From a virus, in IMG/VR virus record IMGVR_UViG_3300017917_000733, positions 32,001-96,000 of that record: a stretch of 64,000 nucleotides of DNA. The stretch is one strand, 5' to 3'. The translations under genes and the position numbers were made by a program. This document shows positions 11,566-22,402 of this stretch, piece by piece. Position 1 is the stretch's first letter; each line of letters begins with the position of its first letter. The notes under the pieces are model-generated. The model did not search any database. It was not told where the DNA came from and worked only from the letters and a program-made list of their open reading frames with translations.

Positions 11566-12191
11566 TGTCATTAATCAATCTGTCATATAAAGTTGAGGGT
11601 TTTCTAAAGATTTACGACCCTAATAATGGGGAAATCTTTGTAGATAAAAAGAACGCCATTAACTATGAAAACATGTCGCAAGCTATTGCGTACTCACTAA
11701 GCGCCCGCGCACAAGGCCAGGGCCAAATCTATCAAATGGCTTTTGGTAATGGCGGTGCAAGTGTTGACGAAACAGGTGTTATTACTTATCTACCACCAAA
11801 TACCACTGGTCAAAATGCTGCGTTGTACAACCAAACATATGCAAAAATTGTTAACGACAATAGCGTTTTTAACCTAGACCCTACACGTAACAAAATGACA
11901 GTATTGCATACTACAGGCAAGTTCTATACTGACATTTTGGTACAATGTTTATTAGATTACGGTGAGCCTGCAGGCCAGGCTGCGTTTGATAACAGTACAC
12001 AGACTGATTCCAGCTATATTTTCGATGAATTGGGATTACTAGCGAATTGGGGTACAGATACTGAAGGAAATGTAATTACAAGGTTGTTGACACACGTTGT
12101 TTTTCACCCTGTTCAAAAATCTTTGAATAGACAAATTCAGATAGATTACACAGTTAGAATACAAAGTTTGACAAACTTGATAACAATTTAA
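11565..12191 (+). CDS. Putative virion structural (tail/baseplate) protein
   Basis: 208 aa ORF in the structural cluster; MAFGNGG and FDELGL..L(T)HVVFHPVQKS motifs resemble phage tail/baseplate proteins. Confidence 0.55.
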   Translation: MSLINLSYKVEGFLKIYDPNNGEIFVDKKNAINYENMSQAIAYSLSARAQGQGQIYQMAFGNGGASVDETGVITYLPPNTTGQNAALYNQTYAKIVNDNSVFNLDPTRNKMTVLHTTGKFYTDILVQCLLDYGEPAGQAAFDNSTQTDSSYIFDELGLLANWGTDTEGNVITRLLTHVVFHPVQKSLNRQIQIDYTVRIQSLTNLITI

Positions 12192-12227
12192 AGATAAATA
12201 GTCAAGAATATCGGAGTGATTTTTTAA

Positions 12228-13430
12228 ATGGCATATACGATTATAAAAAGTGATGGAACAGTCTTAACAACCATTGCTGATGGAACAATCAATACTACAA
12301 GTACATCACTGGGCCTACCCGGTAGGAATTATTCAGGATATGGACAAGCGTTAGACACTAACTTTGTACATATTACTGAAAATTTTGCTGACACCACACC
12401 ACCTGTTAACCCTCTAAGAGGTCAGTTATGGTATGATACCAATGCTGGTTCTCTTAAAGTTTGTCCTGCTGACGGTACAAGTAACGCTAATGCTTGGTTA
12501 ACACTAACAACAACTTCTTCAGGTGGCACAACAACATTTGGTCAAGTTACAGTAACTGGTAACTTGCAAGCAAACAATGTAACAGTCACAAATGCTACTT
12601 CAAGTGATATAATTACTGTTCGTTTGGCAACTGTAACAGCAAATGCCACAATCGCAAACGCTATTGTCACTACAGCTAACGTCAGCACATTGAATACAGC
12701 AGTTATTTCTACTGGTGCAAATACAACAACTGGCTCACTAACTGGTACATGGACTGCTAACGGTGGCGCAAGCGGTAACACTCTAATCGTTACAAACGGT
12801 AATATTGTTGCAGTTACAGGTATTAAAACAGACAATTACTATTATGCAAACGGTACCCCATTCAACCCAACAGGGTCATATAATAACGGTAACGTATTTG
12901 ATTACTTGACTGGTTCTAATGCTGTTGTTCAGTTTAGCGGAAACATTGCTCCTACAAAAGTCACAACTACTGCAATTGCAGGTGGCGGAACAGTTACTGG
13001 TATTTGGACATTAGCAGTTGGTGCAAGATGGCAAGCAAGTTACGCTGACTTAGCCGAACGCTTTGAAGCTGATGCACTATACGAGCCAGGTACTGTTGTT
13101 GAATTAGGCGGTGATAAAGAAATCACTGCTGTTCAATATGAACTATCTGACGATGTATTTGGCGTTATATCAACTACTGCTGGTTACTTAATGAATGCTA
13201 TGGCAGGTGATGATGACACGCACCCTGCTATTGCTGTTGGAGGCCGTGTACAAGTTAAAGTTATCGGTAAAGTCAAAAAAGGTCAACGTTTAGTTAGCGC
13301 TGGCAAGGGTATTGCTAGAGCAGCTAAGAAAGAAGAATTAACCGCTTTCAACGTTATCGGTAGAGCACTAGCAAACAAAACAGACGACGGTTTGGGCACA
13401 GTAGAAGCTGTAGTCACAATTAGTAAGTAA
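12228..13430 (+). CDS. Tail fibre-like protein with C-terminal chaperone-like domain
   Basis: T/N/G-rich beta-repeat shaft, PxNPLRGQLWYD motif, C-terminal YADLAERFEAD..GTVV..GRVQVKV domain. Confidence 0.65.
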   Translation: MAYTIIKSDGTVLTTIADGTINTTSTSLGLPGRNYSGYGQALDTNFVHITENFADTTPPVNPLRGQLWYDTNAGSLKVCPADGTSNANAWLTLTTTSSGGTTTFGQVTVTGNLQANNVTVTNATSSDIITVRLATVTANATIANAIVTTANVSTLNTAVISTGANTTTGSLTGTWTANGGASGNTLIVTNGNIVAVTGIKTDNYYYANGTPFNPTGSYNNGNVFDYLTGSNAVVQFSGNIAPTKVTTTAIAGGGTVTGIWTLAVGARWQASYADLAERFEADALYEPGTVVELGGDKEITAVQYELSDDVFGVISTTAGYLMNAMAGDDDTHPAIAVGGRVQVKVIGKVKKGQRLVSAGKGIARAAKKEELTAFNVIGRALANKTDDGLGTVEAVVTISK

Positions 13431-13440
13431 GGATTAAAGA

Positions 13441-14394
13441 ATGACATACGCACAGTTTGGTACTATTGCCGCAAGTGATTACAATAATTTAGTGGGTGGT
13501 GATCCAGTAACTACTTCAGGAAAGTTGAATACTGTATGGGCAACCGGTGGAACAAATGCTGGGTATGGTCAACCAGCTTTAGCAAACGTTGCTGTTGGTA
13601 ACACAGTCGGTGCTAGTGAATGGGCTAATTTAGTTAATAGAACAGCTAACTCAGCTTCTCATCAAGGGAGTTCTATTACTAGTGTAACTGCACCCACAGT
13701 GGGTGGCACAGTGACATATTTGTCTGCTATTCCTACTAACTTAACTACAATTTATACTAATAGATTAAACGCGCAAACACAAGGTGCGACTACATCTAAT
13801 GCAGCGTCTAGAGGAACATCTTGGAGTTCTGCGCTAACATTTACGCACACCGTTACATTTGCTAACGGTGATGCTGCTCGTTATTTCTTTAACTCAGGTG
13901 GACAGTTAAAAATTACTTGTTCACATGCTAACACAGCAACATCAATTAACCAGTTGTACAATCAACTAGCAAGTAATATTGGCACTGTTGTTATGAGTGC
14001 TCCTAGTTCTGGTACGATCACTATAACCGGAACAACATATAGCGGTATAAGTAAAATAGGTGGCGGCGGTAACACACCGACTATAGACGCTAATAAGGGA
14101 TATTTTGCACAAACAACGTCAAACGCAAACGTATTCACGCAAACAGCAAGTACTGGTCCTTCAGGTTATTTGGGTTCTTTCATCCGTGTAATTACAAAGA
14201 GCAATGGAACACAAGGTTCAAACGGTGACGCTGGTTCTGTCATTACTATCTACACAGTTTGGGATGAAGTTCCAGACGGATTAGTAGTAGGTTCAGGATC
14301 AACTACTACAGTGGTCGCGCAAGCTCCAGAAACTACATATCTAGCAAACACCTGGGGCACAATTACTATTTCAGGAACCGTTACTGGTGCATAA
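13441..14394 (+). CDS. Putative tail/virion structural protein
   Basis: 317 aa T/S/G-rich ORF with AAGGA SD, in the tail cluster. Confidence 0.55.
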   Translation: MTYAQFGTIAASDYNNLVGGDPVTTSGKLNTVWATGGTNAGYGQPALANVAVGNTVGASEWANLVNRTANSASHQGSSITSVTAPTVGGTVTYLSAIPTNLTTIYTNRLNAQTQGATTSNAASRGTSWSSALTFTHTVTFANGDAARYFFNSGGQLKITCSHANTATSINQLYNQLASNIGTVVMSAPSSGTITITGTTYSGISKIGGGGNTPTIDANKGYFAQTTSNANVFTQTASTGPSGYLGSFIRVITKSNGTQGSNGDAGSVITIYTVWDEVPDGLVVGSGSTTTVVAQAPETTYLANTWGTITISGTVTGA

Positions 14395-14405
14395 TTTTTA
14401 AAATT

Positions 14406-14445
14406 GTCTTTGTATCCATCTAAATAATGACATGGATACAAAGAC
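14406..14445 (+). promoter_or_regulatory. Perfect 14-bp hairpin with late-promoter motif in the loop and start codon in the stem
   Basis: GTCTTTGTATCCAT-ctaaataatgac-ATGGATACAAAGAC. Confidence 0.75.
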
Positions 14446-14737
14446 CTTAATAGCGGACGCAAAAGCCCGTTTCAATCACAACTCAGCAAAAGCACACTTA
14501 AAAGACAAATACGAAGCCAAACTTGTCGTGGCTGACCAAGGTGGACTTTGGAAAGCGACACCTGAACTTATTGGGTTTCTCGCATCTAGCACAGACGAAT
14601 ATGTAATTTTAATAGACACCTTTGACAATCCAGTACTAGTAAACCGCATTACGTTGCATGATGTGTTGTATAAAGCATATAACGATGCTATGCAATTGTG
14701 GTTCGCAGAATGGAAAGAATTGGAAAGTAAACGATGA
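14432..14737 (+). CDS. Hypothetical protein
   Basis: 101 aa ORF with ATGA overlap to the next gene. Confidence 0.7.
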   Translation: MDTKTLIADAKARFNHNSAKAHLKDKYEAKLVVADQGGLWKATPELIGFLASSTDEYVILIDTFDNPVLVNRITLHDVLYKAYNDAMQLWFAEWKELESKR

Positions 14738-15537
14738 GTAGGGGCGCATTATTATTTGCGTTTAACTCACCTAAGTACAATTATTATGATATGGCGGTGG
14801 CTACAGCTAAACGCATCAATCATTTTTTAGACATGCCAGTAACTGTTGTTACTGATGAAGAATCACTACCTAAAAATACAAGCTACACATTTGATAATGT
14901 AGTTATAACTACACCTGATAAAAATAACAAACGTGACTGGGGTATGTGGATAAACAAAGGTAGATATCAAGCATTTGAGTTTAGTCCATATGATGAAACT
15001 ATATTGTTAGACACTGATTATATGGTAAATTCAAATAAGTTGCTAAAGACATTTGAATTACCTACTGATTTTTGCTGTCACGATACTACTACATTTTTAA
15101 TGCAGCCTGGCTTGCCACAAGAATATTTGAGTGTATACAGCGATAAAACATTATGGGCAACAGTCGTTCGATTCAATAAAACTAAACGATCAAAACAAAT
15201 ATTTGATTGTTTAGAAATGATTCAGAAAAACTTTGAGCATTATGCTAACATTCATGGTTTTATCTCAGCCACATTTAGAAATGACTACGCATTGACACTA
15301 GCAACAAGATTAGTAAACGGTCACATGAAAGACAAGGCTGATGTAATTCCTTGGGACCTATTACACGTTGGTAAAAATACAATTGTGCATAGAAACAATG
15401 ATGAAGAATTAAACACAGAATATACAGCTATGTTTGATAACTGGCAACGAGGCAAAATTCGTAAAGAATATATAACAATCAAAGATTTAGATTTTCATGT
15501 GATGAACAAAGAAAACTTTTTGGAACTTATAAAATGA
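14734..15537 (+). CDS. Putative glycosyltransferase (GT-A, GT8-like)
   Basis: SPYDETILLDTD (DxD) and FRNDYAL motifs. Confidence 0.6.
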   Translation: MSRGALLFAFNSPKYNYYDMAVATAKRINHFLDMPVTVVTDEESLPKNTSYTFDNVVITTPDKNNKRDWGMWINKGRYQAFEFSPYDETILLDTDYMVNSNKLLKTFELPTDFCCHDTTTFLMQPGLPQEYLSVYSDKTLWATVVRFNKTKRSKQIFDCLEMIQKNFEHYANIHGFISATFRNDYALTLATRLVNGHMKDKADVIPWDLLHVGKNTIVHRNNDEELNTEYTAMFDNWQRGKIRKEYITIKDLDFHVMNKENFLELIK

Positions 15538-16280
15538 ACAAAGGTTTCGTAATAATGGCACAAAATACTGACAAAGTAGATTATGTGCATTGTGCTAAAG
15601 TTTTAGAAAAAAGCATAAAAAGAGTTATGCCTAATGCTAATGTAACAATTGTGACAACCGAAATGTTACCACATGGTGACAAAGGTGGATACGCAAACGA
15701 TTGGCAAGTATATGAAGTTAGTCCATACGACTTAACAATAAAATTAGAAGCTGACATGTATATTCCTAGAAACATTGAACACTGGTTTGATGTAATGAGT
15801 CAGCAAGATGTTGTAGTATGTGATAAGATTAGAAACTTTAAAGGTGAAATTTCTGATGTTAGAGTTTATCGTAGATTTATAGATGACAATTTACTACCCG
15901 ATGTTTATAACGCAATAACATTTTTCAAAAAGTCGGACACAGCAAAACAGTTTTTTGAAATGGTTCGTGATGTATTTGAAAATTGGGAAGAATACAGAGC
16001 TATATTAAAATGTAAATCAGACGAGCCTGTATCAACTGATTGGGCATATGCTATAGCATGTCACATTATGGGAGTTGAAAAAACAACCATGCCATTCAAC
16101 GAACTATCAATGGTTCATATGAAACAGTTTATCAATGGTACACAAACTGAGAACTGGACTGATACACTAATTTACGAATGTTTGTCAGACCACATTCGTG
16201 TAAATACATATCCTCAGTTATATCCTTTTCACTATCATGTGAAAAACTTTGGTGATAAAATATTACAAGGACTAACATGA
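15534..16280 (+). CDS. Putative glycosyltransferase (GT-A-like), paralog of the upstream gene
   Basis: SPYDLTIKLEAD aligns with SPYDETILLDTD; STDWAYAIA motif. Confidence 0.55.
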   Translation: MNKGFVIMAQNTDKVDYVHCAKVLEKSIKRVMPNANVTIVTTEMLPHGDKGGYANDWQVYEVSPYDLTIKLEADMYIPRNIEHWFDVMSQQDVVVCDKIRNFKGEISDVRVYRRFIDDNLLPDVYNAITFFKKSDTAKQFFEMVRDVFENWEEYRAILKCKSDEPVSTDWAYAIACHIMGVEKTTMPFNELSMVHMKQFINGTQTENWTDTLIYECLSDHIRVNTYPQLYPFHYHVKNFGDKILQGLT

Positions 16281-16618
16281 ACACAGAAGATGATTATGTC
16301 ATATTATGGGAAGCTCCTAAGATTGAAACACCCGAGTTTAGACTGTACTATGATGACAACGGAAAAGTTATAGGTTATTGCGGTGATAAGTCAATGACAG
16401 GAAATTATATCGTTATTGACAAACAAACCTTCTTAGAAGGAAGAATGGATGTAAGAATCATAGATGGTGTAATTTCTAGAGCAGCACCCAATGCTGTTGT
16501 TTATAAATTGATGCCTAGCAATGAAGGAATTAGTTGCTATAAAAATGATGTAAGTATTATCGTCAACGACGATTCTATTGAAACTACTAAATGGAAAATT
16601 GTAACATATGAGCTATGA
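16277..16618 (+). CDS. Hypothetical protein
   Basis: 113 aa ORF overlapping both neighbours in the operon. Confidence 0.65.
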   Translation: MNTEDDYVILWEAPKIETPEFRLYYDDNGKVIGYCGDKSMTGNYIVIDKQTFLEGRMDVRIIDGVISRAAPNAVVYKLMPSNEGISCYKNDVSIIVNDDSIETTKWKIVTYEL

Positions 16619-17561
16619 GGATATCGTTGACGTTGCTGATTTAGATTGCATATATCTAAGTTATGATGAACCACAAAAAGAAGAATTTTGGCTCAAGATT
16701 AAGAACATGATACCTTGGGCTAAACGAGTCGATGGTGTTAAGGGGTCTGACGCTGCACATAAAGCTGCGGGAAAAGCAAGTGAAACTGAGCGTTTCATTT
16801 TGATTGACGGGGATAACATGCCCGATGAAAACTTTTTCAACATGCAGTTAGACTTTACTGGGTTAGATCCTATCTACAAGAAAGCACAGTTTCGTTGGAA
16901 AGCAATTAATCATATCAACGGTTTACGTTATGGTAATGGTGGATTAAGTAGCTGGACTAAAGAATATGTATCAAAAATGAAAACGCATGAGGCACAAAAT
17001 GAAGGTGATGTGACACGTATTGCTGATTTTTGTATGGACAGTTCTGATAACATATACTGGGCTATGTGGGACTGTTATTCAACTACATATCCTAACTATA
17101 CCCCTTTCCAAGCATGGCGCGCAGGTTTTCGTGAGGGTGTTAAGATGGTACTAAGCAGAGGTGCTGTCCCATCAATAGACGAATTTAAAGAAACAGTCGC
17201 TACCAGAAATCTTAACAATCTCACAATTTGGCACAATGTAGGTGCCGATGTTGAAAATGGAATGTGGGCTATATATGGCGCACGCCTAGGTACATATATG
17301 ACATTGCTCACTGATTGGAATTCACAAAACGTTCAATGGTTCGATAATTACATTCAAATGTGGGAAGAACAAGAACATCGTAATCCATTGGTTGAAGCAG
17401 AAAGCATTGGTAAAGTTCTAAAAGACAAGTTAGGATTACCTATGTGTATTCTTGATGAAGAACAAAGCCTGTTCTTCAAGCGACATTACCAAGCCGATAA
17501 ATATAACTTGGGTCCATTGGTGAAAGAAATGGATGTAATAAGAAAGATTGAAGGTTGGTAA
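16608..17561 (+). CDS. Glycosyltransferase-like protein
   Basis: YLSYDEP..RVDGVKGSDAAH..FILIDGD (DxD); homologous to the C-terminal domain of 31032-33770. Confidence 0.55.
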   Translation: MSYEDIVDVADLDCIYLSYDEPQKEEFWLKIKNMIPWAKRVDGVKGSDAAHKAAGKASETERFILIDGDNMPDENFFNMQLDFTGLDPIYKKAQFRWKAINHINGLRYGNGGLSSWTKEYVSKMKTHEAQNEGDVTRIADFCMDSSDNIYWAMWDCYSTTYPNYTPFQAWRAGFREGVKMVLSRGAVPSIDEFKETVATRNLNNLTIWHNVGADVENGMWAIYGARLGTYMTLLTDWNSQNVQWFDNYIQMWEEQEHRNPLVEAESIGKVLKDKLGLPMCILDEEQSLFFKRHYQADKYNLGPLVKEMDVIRKIEGW

Positions 17562-18514
17562 TGGAACACAAATATATTAAATTAGTGCACAGCAATCCTA
17601 CACATGAAGATTGGTTCGTTGTCAACTGGTGTTTGGGTAATACTTGTAATTTTGCCTGTAGTTATTGTCCTAGCGAACTACATGACGGGTCCAAACCATG
17701 GCCATCACTTGATGATATCAAAGCATTTATAACTAAGACAGTAGAACAAACTTATCCTAGAAAAGTCTATTTTGAATTCACCGGTGGTGAAGTAACATTG
17801 TATCGTCACTTTATTGAAATATGTCAACACTGTACTGATTTAGGTGCTAAAGTTGGATTAATTAGTAATGGATCACGTACATTGCGCTGGTGGGAAGAAA
17901 ACAAAAAGTATTTTGACCATGTGTGTTTAAGTTTTCACCCGCAATTTGCTGACGCCGATCATTTCATTGAGGTAGTCAAGTTGTTACATGATGATATAAG
18001 AACGCATGTTAACATTATGATGGATCCTGATAAGTTTGATTATTGTTATGCAATTGCTAACAAGATTAAAAACTTAGGTAATTTGAGCATGGCATTACAG
18101 CCACTCATACACGATTTTGGAGATACATTGTATGACTATACTCCTTCTCAGAAAAATATCTTTGATAAGCAACATGAATTGATTACTAGACATATTAAGT
18201 TTACAAAGTCTTTTGATTATTACAGAGGTGCGATGCGACTAATATATCCCGATGGTACATCAGAAATTAGTAGCGCACATCGTTTTATTAGTTTTAAAAC
18301 TAACGACTGGAGTGGTTGGAAATGTTATTCAGGTGTTGAGCAGGTTATCGTTGATATGGACGGCAGCATTTGGCGCGGCTGGTGCAGAGTAGGTGGACCA
18401 ATTGGTTACATACACGATGCAAATTTAGAGATACCTACAGATCCTATAATATGTAATAAAACAATGTGTCATTGTAATTTTGATATTATGAGCACAAAGG
18501 AAAATAATGTCTGA
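17561..18514 (+). CDS. Radical SAM protein with C-terminal Cys-rich (SPASM/twitch-like) domain
   Basis: CNFACSYC, TGGE, SNGS, C-terminal WKC..C..C..CHC. ATG at 17561 overlaps the upstream TAA. Confidence 0.9.
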   Translation: MEHKYIKLVHSNPTHEDWFVVNWCLGNTCNFACSYCPSELHDGSKPWPSLDDIKAFITKTVEQTYPRKVYFEFTGGEVTLYRHFIEICQHCTDLGAKVGLISNGSRTLRWWEENKKYFDHVCLSFHPQFADADHFIEVVKLLHDDIRTHVNIMMDPDKFDYCYAIANKIKNLGNLSMALQPLIHDFGDTLYDYTPSQKNIFDKQHELITRHIKFTKSFDYYRGAMRLIYPDGTSEISSAHRFISFKTNDWSGWKCYSGVEQVIVDMDGSIWRGWCRVGGPIGYIHDANLEIPTDPIICNKTMCHCNFDIMSTKENNV

Positions 18515-19880
18515 TTCATTGAAAACAATTTGCGATTTGAAATGGAATTATCCTATATTTGGAATGGATAGAGGAGAGTTTCGTAGCTGCTGTAGAACAC
18601 CCACTAATCTTGTAACAGAAGCTGAATTGCAAGAATTTGGTATTGATGCATTTTTAAATTCACCTAAACAAAAACAAGAACGACTCGATTTAATTCAAGG
18701 TGTTAGAACAGAAGCATGTACAAGCTGCTGGAGACTAGAAGATTCCGGGATACAAAGTCCCCGACACCATCCTAAACAAATGTGGTGGCAACTTATCAAA
18801 TCAGAACAAGTTAAACCCAGTGAATACACAGAAGAAAAATTAAAGCTAGAACTAAGCAAAATCAATGATATAAACCATCCTGCATTAAACAGCTACAAGC
18901 CCTACATGCTAGAAATCAGTATGGGAAATACTTGCGATTTGAAATGCATGTATTGCAGTCATCACTATTCTACACAATGGGCTACGGAACGTATCAAGTA
19001 TTTTGAGATAACACAAGAACAATACGACAGAGAATTCCCCAAAGCACCGCCTAGCTTTGACGGTAAATTTTGGGAATGGTTTAATGAATACGGTCGTTAT
19101 AGTATCACACGTTTAGGATTGATCGGTGGTGAGCCACTTATCATGCCCGAGTTTTACACATTCATGGACAAAGTAATTGCTAGTGTTGAAGAAATTAATG
19201 ACCAACGTAAAGAAAAGATTACGTTGTGGATCGTTAGCAACTTAAATACACCATCAAATTACTTGCAACGTGTAATGCAATATCTACCTAAGATTGCTAA
19301 AGTGTTTAACTTAGAAATTTTAGGTAGTATGGAAAGTGTAGGTGAAAAGGCTGAGTATATTCGTAACGGGGTAAGTTGGGAAAGATTTACTAAGAATGTT
19401 GACACTATATTGTCTAATAAAGAACTAGAATTTGATTTTGGTTTTATTATGAGCGTTAACGCTTTGAACATTACCAGCTTAAAAGATTTCATCTCTTATA
19501 CAAAACAATTATATGAGAAACACGGCAGACCAGTAACATTAAAACAAAATTTGATTAGTTTCCCTAGTTGGCAAAGTCCTATGATATTATCACAGGATTT
19601 TATTCCATACTTAAAAGATACTATTAATTATCTAAATGACAACGCGGAATCTATGCCAGTAGTAAAAGATCCATTAGGGTCATGGTCTGCCTACGCTAAG
19701 TTCTTACAAACAATCATAGACGGCATTAACAATCCAAATATAGATAGAGTAGCCGACAGGCGCAAATTTGCTGAGTGGTTCGCTACTTATGATGAACGCA
19801 GGCAATTAGTACAAGCAGATGTTTTTCCAGAGTACCGAGAGTTTCAACGTATGTGCAAGGAATTGTTAGATGCTAAGTAA
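18507..19880 (+). CDS. Radical SAM protein with N-terminal twitch/SPASM-like domain
   Basis: N-terminal C..SCC..CTSC; CDLKCMYC; IGGEP. Confidence 0.9.
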   Translation: MSDSLKTICDLKWNYPIFGMDRGEFRSCCRTPTNLVTEAELQEFGIDAFLNSPKQKQERLDLIQGVRTEACTSCWRLEDSGIQSPRHHPKQMWWQLIKSEQVKPSEYTEEKLKLELSKINDINHPALNSYKPYMLEISMGNTCDLKCMYCSHHYSTQWATERIKYFEITQEQYDREFPKAPPSFDGKFWEWFNEYGRYSITRLGLIGGEPLIMPEFYTFMDKVIASVEEINDQRKEKITLWIVSNLNTPSNYLQRVMQYLPKIAKVFNLEILGSMESVGEKAEYIRNGVSWERFTKNVDTILSNKELEFDFGFIMSVNALNITSLKDFISYTKQLYEKHGRPVTLKQNLISFPSWQSPMILSQDFIPYLKDTINYLNDNAESMPVVKDPLGSWSAYAKFLQTIIDGINNPNIDRVADRRKFAEWFATYDERRQLVQADVFPEYREFQRMCKELLDAK

Positions 19881-21240
19881 AGCCAAATTTATACCTATAT
19901 TAGCAGAGAGCAGCGAAAAGGTTGTGCTTGCTAGAAACGTTGCCGCTAAATTGGATGAAGAGTACAACACAGATTTAAAATCGGTTGTCTACGGAACAGG
20001 TGATTGGACTGAACGTCTGCGAGAAAGAGTTCCCGACAATTTTTGCTTGTATCCATTCATACACTTTCAACTAGATCCTGACGGTAGAGCAAGACCTTGC
20101 TGTAAATACAAAGTCGGTGATGCATCTTGGCAAGAAAATGTTCCTAAATTACCAGAATCTAATATAGGTGAATTATGGGATCAACAGGAATTTCAAGAAT
20201 TACGTGATAAATTTTTGCGTAATGAAAGACCTAGTGGTTGTAAAGCATGTTGGGATGAAGAGGATGCTGGCATTAAGAGCATGAGGTTGCAGCGTGAGGC
20301 AGCAGGCAAAGAGCACCCGTTCGCTACATTCTTTCATCATATTCCAAGAACATATCCTAAGACTTTAGATTTAAAACTTAGCAATCTATGTAATTTAAAA
20401 TGCAGAATATGCACTCCTTTTTTAAGTAGTCAATGGATGAAAGAAATTAAGGATTTAAATGTCATCGACATGGGCACACATGAAAGTTTTGTTAATAACT
20501 CTAGGGAAAAGTTTAGCGCCAATCCTGAGAATGAAGAAATATTAAAACAGTGGGCACCCTCAGTTACATTTTTAGAATTTTACGGTGGTGAGCCATTAAT
20601 GCAGCAAGAGCATGATAAAATTCTGAAAATATTCCACGAATATGGTAACCCGTCTGAAACAGGTTTATATTATAATACTAATTCAACTATATGTGATGAA
20701 GAATTCTTTAAACTTTGGGCTCCATTTAAAGAAGTAATCATTAATTTCAGTATTGATGATGTGGGTGATAGATTTGAGTATGAAAGAAAAAATGCTAAAT
20801 GGGCTGAGACATTACGCAATATTGAATTGTACAAGGAATACGGTTTAAAATATAATGTCAATTTACAATTGAAGTTTTATACTACGGTGGGAATTCTAAA
20901 TGTGTTTTACTTGAAAGAGTTTTTTGAGTTTGCTAAACCATACAATATCCCTATTATGTTAAACATGGTTCACTATCCACATCATTACTCAATTGTAAAC
21001 TTACCAACAGAAGTTAAAGACAGTATTAAAGAGAAACTAATATCAATTGATACAGCTGGTACTCTTGATCCATGGTCTCCTACAATAGATAATATTATAA
21101 ATTTCATGTATGGTAATGAATGTAATTATGAACTATTAAAGATGCTCTTTGCAAAAGTTAGAATGCATGATGGATATCGAAATGAATCTTTTGAAAAGAC
21201 GTTTCCTGAATTTTATGAAATGATTCGTAAATATGAATAA
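19870..21240 (+). CDS. Radical SAM protein with N-terminal twitch/SPASM-like domain
   Basis: CLYPF..RPCC..CKAC; CNLKCRIC; YGGEP. Confidence 0.9.
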   Translation: MLSKAKFIPILAESSEKVVLARNVAAKLDEEYNTDLKSVVYGTGDWTERLRERVPDNFCLYPFIHFQLDPDGRARPCCKYKVGDASWQENVPKLPESNIGELWDQQEFQELRDKFLRNERPSGCKACWDEEDAGIKSMRLQREAAGKEHPFATFFHHIPRTYPKTLDLKLSNLCNLKCRICTPFLSSQWMKEIKDLNVIDMGTHESFVNNSREKFSANPENEEILKQWAPSVTFLEFYGGEPLMQQEHDKILKIFHEYGNPSETGLYYNTNSTICDEEFFKLWAPFKEVIINFSIDDVGDRFEYERKNAKWAETLRNIELYKEYGLKYNVNLQLKFYTTVGILNVFYLKEFFEFAKPYNIPIMLNMVHYPHHYSIVNLPTEVKDSIKEKLISIDTAGTLDPWSPTIDNIINFMYGNECNYELLKMLFAKVRMHDGYRNESFEKTFPEFYEMIRKYE

Positions 21241-22402
21241 AACTTTTTGTCCTATGCCGTGGATAAATTTGTCTACGGATGTTAATGGATCACTAAGACC
21301 TTGTTGTAAATTTGCACAACCTAGTCCTGACAACGAATATCAATTACCTAATATGAAAGATGGTAGTTTAGATGTAGTATGGAATGATGTTAAGTTTCAA
21401 AACTTACGACAAGCATTCTTAGATGGAAAGAAACCTAAAGAATGTCAAAGTTGTTGGGACGAAGAGGCTGCCGGAGTACAAAGTTTTAGGGTTCAATTTG
21501 CACAACATAAAAAAATCGATTTGTCTAAAGTTGAATTTACACCGTTTGCTAAAAACGGACCTATGGCATTAGATTTGAAACTAAACAATGTATGCAATCT
21601 TAAATGTAGAATTTGCGGAGCACAAGCTAGCTCTACTTTCTTGAAAGAATACCAAGAACGATTCAATATTAAAATTGAAGACGGTGCGTATTGGCTTTCT
21701 AATAAAATTCTAGGCACTCAAAACGAACAAGTGTTATCTGAATGGGCTAAGGATTTAGTTCATTTAGAAGTAACGGGAGGCGAGCCAATGGCTAGTCCTG
21801 AAAACATTAAAGTGTTAGAGTTATTGATAAATTCTGGACGAGCATCTGAGATTACTATACTGTTGAACACAAATGGTACACTGTATAACAAAAAGTTTAT
21901 AGACCTATTACTAAATTTCAAGTCAGTTACGTTATGCATTTCAATTGATGATTTATATGGACGTTTGGAATATGAGAGATATCCTACTGAGTGGGATGAA
22001 ATTCAAACCAATCTACAAAAATTCTTAAAATTGCGTAGTGAAAACAAAAATGTATTTTTAACATTGTGTCCTACAGTAAGTAATTTTAATGTTTACTATT
22101 TGCCTGAATATCTTGAATGGTCTAAAGAGTTAGATATACATACTTACTATAACATATTACATTATGCACCCAGTCATAGTATAAAAAATTTACCTGATAA
22201 GTTAAAAGATATTGTAGCAGAAAGATTAACAGCAACTGAGTTTACTGAAGTTAAACGTTTTCTTTTGCTTAAAAGAGAAAATGATAGTTTGATTCAGGAG
22301 TTCATTTCAACAACTATTGAATTGGATGATTTTAGACAACAAAACTTTGAAGAAACATTTGGTATTTGGGGTCAACTAGTCATGGAATATAAAAATGGAT
22401 AA
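21233..22402 (+). CDS. Radical SAM protein with N-terminal twitch/SPASM-like domain
   Basis: CPMPW..RPCC..CQSC; CNLKCRIC; TGGEP; NTNGT. Confidence 0.9.
   Translation: MNKTFCPMPWINLSTDVNGSLRPCCKFAQPSPDNEYQLPNMKDGSLDVVWNDVKFQNLRQAFLDGKKPKECQSCWDEEAAGVQSFRVQFAQHKKIDLSKVEFTPFAKNGPMALDLKLNNVCNLKCRICGAQASSTFLKEYQERFNIKIEDGAYWLSNKILGTQNEQVLSEWAKDLVHLEVTGGEPMASPENIKVLELLINSGRASEITILLNTNGTLYNKKFIDLLLNFKSVTLCISIDDLYGRLEYERYPTEWDEIQTNLQKFLKLRSENKNVFLTLCPTVSNFNVYYLPEYLEWSKELDIHTYYNILHYAPSHSIKNLPDKLKDIVAERLTATEFTEVKRFLLLKRENDSLIQEFISTTIELDDFRQQNFEETFGIWGQLVMEYKNG

Noticed and set aside
17561-18514. Viperin-like or MoaA assignment for this radical SAM
   Set aside because: Only generic CxxxCxxC and GGE motifs match; family-specific residues cannot be confirmed by eye.
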